A DNA stretch of 59,900 nucleotides, filler included, from Basidiobolus ranarum (GCA_040143965.1; 10 parts of 10 records of this genome joined end to end with filler, not necessarily neighbours in it), one strand, 5' to 3'; counted from the whole stretch's first letter, positions 12,758-26,861 are shown. Program-made: numbers and translations. Notes: generated by a model from the letters alone, not told the origin.

Positions 12758-15700
12758 CACCTGAAGCTGCATTTGGAGAGTGGTGTGCTTGTGTTATTCT
12801 ATCGAGGGTGACAAGTGTGCTAATCTCAAGCGGTGATGTCAGTAAACTAAGTTTCGATGAGTTTTTGATGATTTTGTGTAGATATTTTTTCATTTCGTTT
12901 TTTTTGGTGGGCTCACCTCACTCCTCAATCACTCTCTCCGCGCCAAAGACCACATCTTTTCATGAGGAGGGGTTTTGTAGCAAGCATTTATGGAAGAACC
13001 ATCCTAAGCCTTCTCTCAGCTGCATCATAACATTTCAGTAATTTTTTCGCTTGGTGACCCTGCAACACAGGATGTGATAGTAATCCTAATATTTGTAGTA
13101 CTACGTTGTCTATTTTTCGTCTGAGTTTTTTTTTCGGAATTTCTTAATTTCAATAGCTGATGCATGTGCACAGGTGTGTTAGATAATCCCTAGAGCATCT
13201 GCGTGGTGATGAGAACAGATGTGAATGATGCGATGCAAATGTTCTGGGAGAGGGTGTGAGTTACGAACATCAATTGACCGAAGTTAAACTCTCACACAGA
13301 GCCACATCCTATCTATCTGCTCAACCACAAGTGTACAATTTTGGATGAATCTTACCAGTATATTCCAGTCTGCATGCTATGTTTGTCTGTACTATTGTCA
13401 TATCAATCTACTATTAAAGAAATGCTCTGACAATGATACGTAATCAGGAACATCCTCTACTAAGATTTCAATGTTGTTAGACTGCTCTCATAAAGGCGTA
13501 TTTTGATAGCTACTGATGAATAATTACGTTTCTCTAGCTGTGTTTAACTTACTTTAGTTAACTCAAATAACACATGCTAGTCTTTTTGTTTCAACATATG
13601 CTACACAAGCCGTCTAGAATTGACATAAGTCATTTCAGGCATTGTTGTATTATCTGTTAGCAAATGCTATGATTTGTATAAACTTCATTCATTGATTAGT
13701 CATATTTATGTCTACCACTTCGATATCGAACGTTAATGGCATCAGGGCGCGGAATGGCAATACGAAACAAATCACACAAAAGCTAATATTGATTTAATAT
13801 CAGTTAAGATCTGCCCAGAGTATGTTGATAACTCAAGCAGCAAGAACCTTTATGTAAAAGTGGCGCTGTGTCGTCCTACATATTTTAACACCTGGTGATA
13901 CCTAGCTATATATTAAATCTAGTAAATGAATGCGAACTTGAGGAAATCGGTATCGGTAGTGTATTGCCAAGACGACGCTTTATCCGAATTAGGACAAAAG
14001 GCATATTTCATCCTGTTTTGACTCAGTTCGAGATAAGATTGTTGAGAATCAGTATGTTCCGAACGAAGAAACGAGGGTAATATTATCCAATTTTACTTGA
14101 ATTTTACTTCGTGCTGAGATATTGTGAACATTTAACCACATTATCTCTCCTTTATTGGCAACGAAATGGTACTCAAACCAGAGGTAAATATGGAACTTGG
14201 TGATATCAGTGATTGCAAAATGTAAATAAGAGACATATTTGGGTATACATTTTGCTTGATTCAAACATTGAACATCAGGACAAACAACATATGAGAAAAC
14301 CACCTCAACAAACCTGATTCAACATGTCAAAGCACTCTCAATAGTCAAAAAACATGGTGCTAACTTGCGTTCATATTTAAAACTGCTCACTTGAACCCGG
14401 GTGAATTATGTCTCTTTATCTCCTTGCGTTTTCGTTGGTAACACCGGTTTTAGGCGAAAGTGTTTTTTTTCCTTGGCAGAATTCAATATATCACGATGAG
14501 AAACACATACTCCGAATTTCGAGTAAATTCCGTATCGCCGAAATCCTGAAGGCCAATGAAATTATATCCGTCATTTGTCTAACGAAATAATTGCTCTAAT
14601 GCAGATAATAACTGTACATTACCATGATGCTAACTATGTTCAATCCAGTTCTTATCAAAGATTCTTATCTGATTTTTCACATTTGATATGATGGAGGTGA
14701 TCAATGATGGGACAGATCGGCTATCACACCACTTCAGAATTTCAAGTTAGGTTCCACGGTTGAACGGTTCAAAAGATGTTCTGCTTAGAATTGCATCGGC
14801 TCAATATCAAGAACCGCTCCATGAAAGTCCACCAGGTAGAGAAAGCCATTGGTTAGAAATAGTATTCAGCATTTCCTCAGAATGCCCACAAGGCATCGAT
14901 TTATGGGGACATTAGATACTGGAGCTTGTTTTCCACTGTTTGTTCCTTTGTCTTTCAAAATGGAAGTAGAATATCGTTATCTTGAGCTGAGCTAGCATGA
15001 GTCCAGTCAAAAAAGTTTCATATCTCGAATCCATAAAACGGGTTGCGCTTAGTGAGGCGAGAGATCATGTGATTTCTAAGGTTTGGCAAATCCATGCATT
15101 GGCATTGCGATATAATATGTAGTCATGTATTAACCCTCGCTATTTCGATGGCCGCATATCTCTTCTTTTGGCCTCATAAATAGACTCTTTTTGAGGTAAA
15201 CAAACGACAGATAGGTGAATACAAGTTGATCACACTAGTAGAGATCTTTTGATGATTCCTAATATGGCTTTGGTGCTTTGTATCCAGATCTCATCTGCAA
15301 ATGTTGATTGAACAAATCATTCAAGTCCGCCATCAAATCAACTAGCAGAAACTAAAACCTAGCATTTATGCACATTCAACATATATCCACATTGTGATGA
15401 CTCGGGCCATGTCAATAACGCTCACTACCTATATAGGGCATGTCAGCCCTACATAGACAATGTGTTTTAATATGCATCATGCTGAATAACGTATAACGCT
15501 TTCGCAACTTGTGCTAATATAGGCAGTCATAGACATCGTTATCTTGGGCAATATCTCGCAATGAGACATCCTATTTGACTCAATTGGTGGTGATTCTGTG
15601 GATTCTGAAACATATCGATGTTTATGGTAGCAGTTTCTTGCGGCTGGGAATTTGATCAGAGTTAGATGATTCATCACGAGGGCAAAGATTAGGGGTACAG

Positions 15701-16339
15701 ATTTTACAATTTTGATTCATTGTAAGATTTATCCACGCATTATCAAAGTTCTGCCTGGATCCATTCAAATTCATGTCCTCTCTTCGCTACATGCTATCGG
15801 TTTGTTTCGCGCTACTTTTCACCAACTCCGATCAATTCCCTATATGTACTTGACTTGTGAATAGACCTGATTGGTAATCTCACCCTTTCCGCTGTATTAC
15901 CCTTCCAAATCTTCAGACTTTGACATCTCAAACTCTACAACTAACACTACCTTTTGATTCTAATCTATATCTGTTTACCACCTGTAGCAGTTTCACACTG
16001 GATTTATATCGGAGCTAACTGCTTTCTCTAAATTTGGCTTGATCTTACAACATAGTCTACTTTTTATATTGAGCCGATTTTGCCGCTGTTGATAGCGTCT
16101 CATCTTCGTTTCGTATTACATTTGTCTTGGTATAAGAATACACTTTTAAAGATTTCGTCTTAATTTTGCTTCTCTCTTCACGTTCTAGTTTGAATATTAA
16201 GAATATTTCACATATTTCTCTTACTACCCATATTTATAATAGTACAGCTGTCCTAGCTGGTTACACATATTATATAGACATACTTTTCTGGTGATTTTTA
16301 TCAATCCTTGTCATTTAAAAGCCTATTTGGAGTATTTTT

Positions 16340-17389
16340 ATGATTTCCCCACCCAATTCACAATCTGGAATGAGACCTTTTTACGGGGCACCACCTACTA
16401 ACGAGTCAGAGGTAGAAACGGAAGGACAGAACTCGATAACAGCCACAGATATTCAACAAAACTCACAACCTCCACCAAATTACTTTCTTCCTAATCGTGT
16501 GGCTAGTTTCAACGCACCTTCAAATGGACCTGTAGGTGCAGTACCTATGGTGGCATATAATGCTTACGCTTCACTTTTAAACAAAGCTTCACTAAATTTA
16601 ACTGGAGTAATAGAAGAAATGACCCTGAATTGGTATGTCAATAATTACTAACAAAAAGTTTAAAACGAGCGTAAATACTAACTAAAGTCTTCAGGACTGG
16701 GGAAGAAAAAGAAACAAAACGAAGACTGGTCCAGTTTTGGCGTCAGCATGAAAATAATGTTATTCACTGTGGTTTCCAGCCAGTAGCGCCAGCTGAGCGG
16801 GGACCAAACAGTATTGTCGTCTCGTGTATCTACTGGGAAGAGAAGAATGATTACTTTATCACCAGTGTAGACTGCATTTATCTACTGGAGTCCTTAATCG
16901 CGGTACGTTTCACAGTAGAGGAGAAAAATCGAATCCGAAGAAATTTGGAAGGGTTCAGACCATTGACAGTGTCCAAATGTAAGCCCGAGTCAGCGGAGTT
17001 CTTCAAGCTGATCATGTCTTTTCCAAATCCAAAGCCTCGAAATATCGAGAAGGATGTGAAAGTATTCCCTTGGAAGGTGTTACCCTATGCATTGAAGAAG
17101 ATCATTGGGAAATATGTGAGTAGTTTTATGAGAAAATTCATTGGTGTTGGAGGAGGGGGATTGATGAGGGGGGAGGGAGGAACGATGGTGAAGAAGAACC
17201 ATCTGTGCCCATATCCACACCCATACCCATACCCGTAATAAGAGAACGAATTAAAAGAAGTGCAGCTTTACTAACGATATGTGATTGATTTTTGAGCAGA
17301 CGGCAAGCTACAGCAGTACAGTGAGTGTGAATATGGATGCATTCAACGGGACATATTCGCCAAATTCACAATACAATCAGCAAGGTTAG
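16340..17389 (+). CDS. medA: MedA (Medusa)-like developmental regulator, ~267 aa
   Basis: Exons 16340-16632, 16695-17115, 17300-17389. Conserved RRLVQFWR, VSCIYW, ITSVDCIYLLE, EEKNRIRRNLEGFRPLTVSK and FPNPKPRNIEKDVKVFPWK..ALKKIIGKY|TASYSS. Confidence 0.88.
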
Positions 17390-18032
17390 TGAATAGTAGG
17401 ATGCACTGTTTAACTCAGCATCGCACATACAGTGATAAGGATGCATACTAATGTTACCAACTTCTAGGATATAATCCTCAATATAGTCGACCTCGGTTTT
17501 ACTCTCAAGACTTGGGATCGATGGCGAATCAGACACTTGCCACTGCAAACGGTTCAGGAAATCTGAATTTCCCGCAAAATGCAGGGAATATCTCTGAATC
17601 AGGACAGGGCAGTCCACACTCTGTTGACTCGATGTCGATGCAATCAGGCTACAATAGTAAGTTCACAGAGACGTCTACTTTTGTCATTTAGCATAAGCTT
17701 TAGTCTTAGTGTGACTAGCGAAACCACGAAGGTGGGAGGCAGTGGAATAGCATGCCAGTCTCATATGCAATTATGTGTACATGTGAGAGAGAGAGGGGGG
17801 GGGGGAGAGAACTTATAGGATAGGGTTAAGATAATGAGGCGGATTAGTACCCACGTTAATTATCAATTGTGTAGCGCCATCTCCTGGTTCTCATCATCCA
17901 GCGCCGCAACGAAGACACCTATCCCTACGCAGNNNNNNNNNNNNNNNNNNNNNNNNNNNNNNNNNNNNNNNNNNNNTTAATTAATTAANNNNNNNNNNNN
18001 NNNNNNNNNNNNNNNNNNNNNNNNNNNNNNNN

Positions 18033-18130
18033 GGTAATATCTTAGTTCAATATAAGATACCTAAATACTAAGCTATATATGACTATATAGGTGTTTAAGC
18101 AATGCTAATTTCAACAATAATGATACAATG
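18033..18130 (-). mobile_element. Terminal fragment of the foldback element family
   Basis: aatactaagctatatatgactatataggtgtttaagcaatgctaatttcaacaa is nearly the reverse complement of 2797-2850. The contig begins inside it. Confidence 0.75.
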
Positions 18131-19354
18131 AATTTTTTGCACAAACCTACCCCATGCCTCACAATGTTAGATTAGCACTGAAAGGAACTGCGCAAGACTA
18201 TGGATCTTAGAACAAAGTTTATTTTATAGATAATCTATATCCAACGTTTCCTCATTGCTTATAGACATTGGTTACTATTGATGTATGCTCAATGTTGCCG
18301 TAGTTGCAATGATCTGAAGACAATTAACTTAGAAGCATACAGAACTGCAAAATCAAAGTCCAAGTCAGGTTATCCATAACCACACTTAGTTATTCCAAAG
18401 GCATTCTTGCCAATATTGAACATATCCCAAGGTGATACTATACTTGAGTAAAATTCGTCAGTATAAGTATTACTAGACATGTTATGTTCAATATTCATGA
18501 TAACGTTCTCCTTAACGAGATCAAAGAATTGTGTTCATAATTCCTTTATTTCAAGTGCGCTATTAGATTCAAGCGTTCTTAATCCTTCCATTTCAGAAGC
18601 AACAATGTTAGGGGTAATGTTCTTCGTTTTATGTCATAAGAGCCGAGTTGAAAAGATAAACGAAGGGAGGAGTGATATGGCTCTTGCAATTACTTCGAAA
18701 GCCTACACTTTATAATCTGTGCCTTTGTTTAGAATAGGCTCTGCGTACTCAAGAATATCTGGTTCGTATTTTACCTCTGAACAAGGTTCAAAAATGAGTG
18801 ATTACACTGCAAAATGATGTCATGTGTATAGTCCAGCAAATATAATTTAGCTTACATAGATATATATGATTCCTAGTATATAATATACTGAAATGATAAT
18901 ACGTGCTTTATAAAAAACAGAGAGAGAAGTTTGAGATGAATTTAAATTACACTGGAATATAATATCCATGTTTAGAAAGTGATATTGAGTTTATTATAGG
19001 GATTCCCTTCGAGTTATTTTATTATGATTTCAAGCTAGAAATCTTTTTTTCTTCATAATAAGAGAAATGATATCAATTGATTGGATCAATCCTCCAATAT
19101 AACAAATAAACAAAACATTTGTTTGGAAATTAATTATCTGTACTTTATTGACAACGCTTAATCATTGACTTGTTCTACACCTACGTCGTAACAGTTTACT
19201 CTACTGTGAACTTGCCGGTTTGCGTTTTGTTGATAACGGCTTGGAAAGAATATTTTTCACCCACATAACGCACCATTATTATCTGTTTACTTCTTACTTT
19301 TCACATTTCAACTGTCTTCGAGTGATATTTTACAAGTTGAAATAACGGAGTCGA

Positions 19355-22300
19355 ATGTCCGAAATCGTTACTTTGGAGGCCTTAATTTCTATATTGAAAG
19401 GCACAAGTATGTTGACTTCTCAAATTTCAGCGATCTAACTGATAACTAATCCTTTTATTTAATAGATCATGAGCTTAAAATCAACACCTTGTACGAGTTT
19501 GAAGCACAAAATCGTACCTCTAAGCAATCGTTTGAGGTAACTATCGTTTTGTAGCATCATCTCTTATTGAAATGCTGAGAAAGCTCACATAATACTTCCT
19601 TATTTTAGCCTAGACTACTTGATGAAGCAACAGCTGGTATCACTCACGCTGCTAAATCCCCACAAGTGAATCTCTCGGTAGCTGCTGTTGCAGTGATAGG
19701 CTCACTATTATATCAACTGGGAACATATCATCCACAACTGCTGAAAGCATATTCTTCAGTACTATTTCCCGCCTTACTAGATCGTTTAGGTGATATCAAA
19801 GAAAAAGTTAGACATGAAGCGTTACGATGCTTAGTGGAGTTATGGCAAACTATTGTAGCTTCAGTCGATACTAGTCATGGCATCAATACACCTAAGCCTA
19901 ACTCTAAATCCTTGAACGCATCCCAGGTTGCCATCACTTATTTTGAAAAGGATATTAAATCCCATGGATTTAATCATAAAACTTGGAGAGTTCGTGAACA
20001 GGTATATATCGTTCAATCTTTTTGTTGTACTGTATTTCATGCTTATTTGTTCGTCCTTTTTTAAGCTCGTCGCTTGGATTTTACTCTGTGTCAAGTCTAT
20101 ACCTGATTTTAGCTTAAAACCTTACGTCCCTTACTTGGTCAAGTTGCTTGAAGATTCGCAAGATCCGGTAAGAGAATGTAGTAAAGAGGCTTTAGTTTTG
20201 TTATTCAGGTAAGCATTTTACTATTCAGTCATCTTAGGACTTGATCATGAGTTAACAAAACCTATGAATTTTCTAGTTCTGCCCCACCACATATCAAACA
20301 GCATTTGAGAAAGGAAATGCAAAAGAACAAAATTCGCTCAGGTATCGCTGAATACATAAATAGTCGTGTATTCAATGCGAACTCAACTTCCGAAGGAAAC
20401 CCGACTATTCATACTGCTCCTTCTCATAAAAAGCGCCCTCGCACCTCTTCCGATTCGGGTCATAGCTCAGGCGAAGTATCTTTGGATGATTATGAAGTTG
20501 AGCCTCATTATCCCGTAGCAGACAATCAAAACGGTAGCAACGTGAATGAAATGTCTATCTCTGGAAGGAGTACCCCGATACCCTCTTCTGATACAGAAAC
20601 TGAGGCAATTCAAATATATGATGCCAAAGAATTTGAGAGTGAACTGTTGAAAATCGCCAGTAAATTTAATGGTAAAGAGACAGAAGAGAACTGGGAATCA
20701 CGTGAGAAAGCTTGGAAAAGGCTCTCGGGTATCATTCATGGAGATGCACCATCAAGATACAATATGATAATGGTGCAAGGATTAAGAGCGTTGCTGCCAA
20801 AGATTCTGGATTCGATGCATACACTAAGAACTACTCTTGCAGTCACCACTCTAACTTTGCTTCGAGATCTTGCCAAAACACTGAAGACTATGTTTGATCC
20901 TTACATGGACATCACGCTAACCAATCTGTTGAAGCTAGGCACACAAACAAAACGAATTGTGGCCCAAGCCTCGTTCAAAACTACAAAGGTTTTACTTCGT
21001 TCCACTACATACCATGGGAGAACGTTGAATACCTTAGCAGTTGCTATGACCGACAAGAATGTTCAATTACGTGGATTTACTGTTGGTTACATAAAAACTA
21101 TTCTCGAAACATTCGAAAGTCAAGCACAAGCGATTGAGCGTGCAGGCGGCTTGGAGTTATTGGATAAGTGTATACGTAAAGGTATTGCTGATGCTAATCC
21201 TCAAGTTCGTGAGTCTAGTCGTGAATTATTTTGGACTTTTTGGAACATTTGGAAGGTAAGAGGGGAAGCTATAAGAAACTCACTGGACCCGTCAACCCAG
21301 AAGCTACTAGCTCGACAAAAAAGCAAATCCATTTCTGGTCCCTATTCTGCAGTTAAGGCACAAACACCCTCCGTTAACAAATTTGGTTTTGATTCTAAAT
21401 CTACGACAAATCGTAAATTTATGAAATCATCAACCAAGATCCCATCCCCAACTACTCTACCCCCTAAGCCACCTCAGAGGTTTTCACCTTACGAAACTCC
21501 TAGTGTTGCTCCTGGTGGAAAGATCAACGATTTTGGATCCAAGACCTTAGTTTCACCTCAAGCAATCACTTCTGTCAAGTTAGATTCAATCAATCCAATC
21601 GTTACCCCAGTGCATCGCTCTATTGCGGCCTTACAGTTATCCCCAGAAACGGAGCTATTCCTCTCCAAAACTCCCACTTTATCACCAGGAAATAACAGTC
21701 AGACACCAATTCACAGTCTAAGCGAACCACTCAGTCTTGACTACGAAGAAAGTAAAGAAGTTATGTCCGACCAATCTTTGATACATAGTGCTCACTCAGC
21801 CAGTACATCAGGTTCACCAGTAGAAAGACCTACTACTCCATCGAAAGGAGCATCTCCCAGAAATATGAAGCTTCCAAAGCCTACAACTTTATCACCTGAT
21901 AAGATTAACAACCCCATCTTTGAACGTAATCATACACCCACACCTGCGACTCCACCTAGAGATGTCGATACTCTTACAGAATCAACATTAAGCAAACGCC
22001 CTTCGGTCAACACCCCCTCCCGTATAGATTTCTTCCTTCGCAGACTCTCTATTTTGGACCAACTGAAGCATGAGGATCCAGCAGTGCGTGCAGCCGGCGT
22101 GGAGAACGTATATCTAGCCTATACCGGAGAACAGTTTATGAGCAAAGATTCTACTGAAGGATTACCTTCAACAGAATCCATTGCGCCGTTACTATTGGAT
22201 TTATTGTGTCAATCTGAAGCACAAGTTATCCAAGTGTTCTCTCGTCCAGAAGTTATGGATGTTATCTCTCAAGTCATCCCAATGGATCAACTGCTAATCT

Positions 22301-23883
22301 TGATCGTATGCCAATTGCCTAACGAGGGTGAATCTCACTACGCTTTAGGACCACTCAAATCTGTGGTTTCCAAAGATGAATGCGCTCACTTACTGTTGGA
22401 AATCCTTCAACTTTTAAAGACACCAGGCGGGCTCCGTGGATATCGCGGTGGTGCCTCAACTATTGCTGAGAAGAAGCGTAGTCTTGTGAGGGTAATTGAG
22501 TGGATGGAGGAAATCTTGGATTTTGCATGCGCCGGCACATCCCAATCAGAGGATATTGAAAACCTAGCCAAGGATTATTTCTCGCAAAAGGGATGTCTAA
22601 AGGAATATTTGACCAAAATGATAGATTATTATGATTCAATCCCCGATTCTGCTCCTACTTTCAATATCGTTCATAATTTTATGGTTAAATTGTTGAATTT
22701 CGATAGAGAGATCTCTCAGGAAGTACTAGGCGAACAGCAGCCTGAAATAGCAGAAAGAGTGAGACGTTTACTATTTCCCAATTTGGAAACTTCCATCACC
22801 AAGTGTGAAACACCAAAGGATACAGAATGTGTGGAGAGTTTCGAGGTGGAGATGCATGAAAGCTTACCGGTGACTGAATCGGTTGTGGTCCAAGAAGTGG
22901 TTGAGATTCATCAAGAAAAAATCGATTTCATTGATACCATGGAGGTGAGCGAGTTGCCAAATGATCATTTGTCACCTAAAGGTGATCATGATGCGTATGA
23001 ACTGGCCGAAAAAGATGAAGTAGATACGATGGATGTTGAAGCTGAAAATGATGCGCTAGTGGATGATAATCATCCTCATCAAGTGCAGCACTCCGATCTG
23101 GCATTGCAAGCAAATGCAGACGATACTCCCGAGCAGGTGTTGGAAGTCGAGCATTCCTATGACGAGACTATGGAGATTGAACATTCGGAAAAGATAGTGA
23201 ATGAAGAGCTGCCCATTGAAAGCTCCATCCAAGATAATGATATCGATAATACAATAGTTATTGAGTCAGCAGATCTAGATGAGGATGACCAAAGCCAATC
23301 TGACGTACCGGTCACCACTGTCAGCTCATCAACCAATTCAGCCCCATCTACACCCCCACGTATCATCCATGAATCTCTGTCCGACATCTCTTCCTACGAA
23401 TGGAATCTTACTTCGTCCAAAGTGGACACTTCTACAATTTTGCATAAGCGGTTGGAACGCATGGGTGTAGCTTCGCCTCTACCTGCTGCATTGAAAGAAC
23501 AAAGCGAACTGGTGAGCTCATTGTTGGATCGAATCTCGTCGGACGCGGTTGATACTTGGACTTTCCGTAAACTTTGCAGAATATCTCGAGAAACATCAGT
23601 TGTAGAAAACCCCAGCCAAGCAAAGTGTATTTGGGTAGAATCTGATAGTCTCACAAGTATCTTGGACTCTCTAACACATTTCCTCGCAACTACCGCCTAT
23701 CCGGAACTCAAAGAACATTGTCTTGTGTTTCTCAAACATTTACTAAATTACCAATCTTCGCTCTTTACTGAGTTGAATCTAGATACTACCATGGAGCTTC
23801 TCCTAGAGTATAGATCAAACGATTGGAATGAACCTCAGTATGCTGCTGAGAATGCAATGGAGTCGTGTGTTTTATTTGTATAA
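19355..23883 (+). CDS. STU1: Stu1/CLASP microtubule-associated protein (TOG/HEAT repeats), 3' end probably truncated by the contig end
   Basis: Short 5' exons from ATG 19355, HEAT motifs LLDRLGDIKEKVR and LVKLLEDSQDPVRE, and a CLASP_N domain (FNGKETEENWESRE, SMHTLRTTLA, DKNVQLR, GIADANPQVRESSR..FW). Long exon ~20277-23883. Confidence 0.88.
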
Positions 23884-24034
23884 ACCCCGGGGGGGGGTAA
23901 TTGGTTTTTGGAGGGGGGGTAGAAGAAAAATTANNNNNNNNNNNNNNNNNNNNNNNNNNNNNNNNNNNNNNNNNNNNTTAATTAATTAANNNNNNNNNNN
24001 NNNNNNNNNNNNNNNNNNNNNNNNNNNNNNNNNC

Positions 24035-24856
24035 AATGCTCACTCAGCCAAGGGTACAGCCAAACAAAACATTGGTGAAGCGACCAACAATCCGCACCTA
24101 GCTGCTCAAGGTGGGGCAGAACGCTATCATGGAAATGCCGAGCATAATGCTGGAAAGTTAAATGACCCAAGTGACAAAGTAGGAGCTGGCATTGCTGGCA
24201 CCCATCATACCGGCACTGGAGTTACTGGTACTCACCATACAGGCGCTGGAGTTACCGGTACTCACCATACGGGCCCTGGAGTTACTGGTACTCATCATAC
24301 TGGCACTGGCTTAACCAGCACTCATCATACTGGCCCTGGAGTTACTGGTGCAGGCTTAGCTAGTACCAATGCTGGCCACAGCCATATTCCTGGAACCACA
24401 AATACTACAGGAACTGGCTACGCCGGAACTGATCCACTTCATAGCCATTCAATAAGCGCAGGTCACCACACAACTCATCAAACCACTAATCCAATTTCCG
24501 CTGGAGTTGCTACCAGTAATGATACCTATCACAATGCGTCAGGTGAAAAGCCTTCCACGATGTCAGCCAAGAAGGATCAAGTCGTAGGAGCTATGAAACA
24601 GAATGTTGGAAGTGCCTTCAACAAGCCATCCCTTGAAGGTCAAGGTGCAAGCCAACGTGAAGAAGGTTATATCCAAGAACATGTGGCTAAGAATCAACCA
24701 GGAGCTGTCGCAGGAACCACTAATGCTGCTACTGGTGCGGTGAAACAAAATGTAGGCTATGCCACTGGTAACCCATCCATGGAGCTTAATGGAGCTTCAC
24801 AACGAGTACACGGAGGTGGCCAATATAATACTACTCACCATGGCCAAGTATTATAA
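24035..24856 (+). CDS. CsbD-like/His-rich hydrophilin, copy 1 (5'-partial)
   Basis: The frame is open from the contig start to TAA 24856. CsbD/Hmp1-like units (KDQVVGAMKQNVGSAFNKPSLEGQG; NAATGAVKQNVGYATGNPSMELNG) flank five GTHHTGxGVT-type decamers. Confidence 0.75.
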   Translation, partial: NAHSAKGTAKQNIGEATNNPHLAAQGGAERYHGNAEHNAGKLNDPSDKVGAGIAGTHHTGTGVTGTHHTGAGVTGTHHTGPGVTGTHHTGTGLTSTHHTGPGVTGAGLASTNAGHSHIPGTTNTTGTGYAGTDPLHSHSISAGHHTTHQTTNPISAGVATSNDTYHNASGEKPSTMSAKKDQVVGAMKQNVGSAFNKPSLEGQGASQREEGYIQEHVAKNQPGAVAGTTNAATGAVKQNVGYATGNPSMELNGASQRVHGGGQYNTTHHGQVL

Positions 24857-25519
24857 ATTAGAATGCGGGACGAAAGTCTGGATACTCTTCACTTTGTAAC
24901 TAATATCATTCAGGTGATTGATTTATTATTTTTGTAACTTTCACTTTGTATAATTGAATAAATGTGGATAATACTATGTTTTGGGTGATGAAATTTTAGT
25001 GTTATTGGATATATAGGTCATCTGCTACAAAGAGAATACCAATGAAAGGTTACTTTTCATTCAAGTCACTGGGGCTTGAATGATATATATATATATATAT
25101 ATATATACGAATTTCTGGTTAAATGGTATGGAGACACTGCAAAGGAGGGTCATTAGAAAACATGGAATTAATGTATGACATATCTCGGGTTAAAGTAACT
25201 AGAGCGGTTTCATGCACGGACACAAGTATTATTGAACCTTGAAAAACCACAAATTCTTTCATCCAAGCCCCAAGTGCAAAATATTCAAAGTTATTTCAAC
25301 TGGCACATGCCTCGCAAGTAATACCCACCAAGTGTTAAGAATGATAGACAACATCGCAAAACAACATACATTTCTAAATGTAGAACCGCGTGTTAGCACA
25401 GTAATTCAGAGCCAAAAATTTACGAGGTCCAACCAACAGCGTAGGTACTACTAGTACCCATATAACTAGTATCGACTTTTCTTATGAATGTTCTGGAATC
25501 TTGAATATGATAGATACGG

Positions 25520-25875
25520 AATATGCTAGAGTAAATTTGCTCCATAACCACGAAACCAATACAGGCCATCACACAACTCACCAAACCACTAATCCAATTT
25601 CAGCTGGAGTTACTACCAGTAATGACCCCTATCAAAATGTGTCTGGTGAAAAGCCTTCCACCATGTTAACCAAGAAGGATCAAGCCGTAGGAGCAATGAA
25701 ACCGAATGCTGGAGGTGCCTTTAACAAGCCATGTTTTGAAGTTAAAAGTGCAGGCCAACGTCAAGGTGATCACCTCCAAGAACATGTGGATAAGAATCAA
25801 CCAGGAGCTGTCGCATGAACTACTAACACTGCAACAGGTGCGGTGAAACAAAATGTAGGTTATGCCACATCCATG
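25520..25875 (+). pseudogene. Truncated CsbD-like hydrophilin copy 2
   Basis: Homologous to 24420-24785. Premature TGA at 25816-25818 where the paralogs have GGA. The N-terminal half is missing and homology ends near 25875. Confidence 0.75.
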
Positions 25876-26084
25876 AAGATCGAGTACTGTAATTCGAAAT
25901 TTCGACTTTGAACTTTCTATTCTTATATGTATTATCTTTCGCTTACAAATGTATTTCCTGTTTCAATATTGTATAATCGAATAAATATGTATGAAATGAA
26001 TACTCTTGCCTGTTTACTTCACTTCGATATTCATTGAAATCATAACACTAGCGTGATGTTTTGTCGACAAACCGTTGAACCAAG

Positions 26085-26245
26085 TTTATACTGAACTAGT
26101 AGATCTTCTTGGTCACTCAGGTCATCACGTAACTTATCTGAGCAGTATTTCAGTCTCTATCAAGGCTTCTTTCACCGAAGCTGCTACAACAGATAGTAAT
26201 CGTTACTACAGTGTATCTTCTGGAAAGACCTCAATCATGAAAGAT
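26085..26245 (+). pseudogene. Highly degraded remnant of the same family
   Basis: ..DLLGHSGHHVT..ATTDSNRYYSVSSGKTSIMK resembles the paralog DPLH..GHHTT..ATSNDPYHNVSGEKPSTMSAK. Confidence 0.45.
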
Positions 26246-26861
26246 CCTGTTATAAATTCATTTCGTATTCGAATCTAGTATTTCCAGTATCTATCTCAGT
26301 TTTGGTCTAGTAATCCAATGAATAGTGATGCATGGGGTTCGATGGCGTTTCTCGGAGAATTCAAGATGATTCTGATCATATTTCAACACAACTAAGTATT
26401 ATAAGCGATTGCTCAGAATAATGGTATCGAACATGCTACTCTTTGTATCCAGTACTCTGATATTTCAATTTTGTACAGTAAAATCCATTTTCTATGTATA
26501 TCAATTGTAGGGTTTTGATGTTAGACCACTTGTAACCATATTCGAAATTACTATCTTATACCATATATAGATAGGATCATCACTACTTTGCTAGTTCATA
26601 TCAAGGAATATGTCCGTGTCGTGACTATCACGAAGGTCACTCAAATGATAAAAGTGATGCAATTAAAAACTCTTCTCGAGATCATCATCAATAAATAGTT
26701 CTAACAAAATAGGAAAACTTAGGCATCCGATGAAATCCAGACGTCATCACATTAGCATCTAATCCGGAAATGTTGACAGTAACTTGTTCTTATAAGAGTA
26801 GCAACAACCACACCAAACCAGAAAACTAACTTCCATTACTACCTCCAATATCAATCATATC

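Noticed and set aside
12355..13041. 228-aa ORF
   Set aside because: It starts inside an intron and overlaps the real last exon in another frame. No recognisable motifs.
23884..23933. G-rich tract as a G-quadruplex or telomere
   Set aside because: Short, irregular and at a contig end; most likely low-quality terminal sequence.
25816..25818. In-frame TGA as selenocysteine or readthrough
   Set aside because: It replaces a Gly codon in a truncated paralog, so it is an ordinary nonsense mutation.
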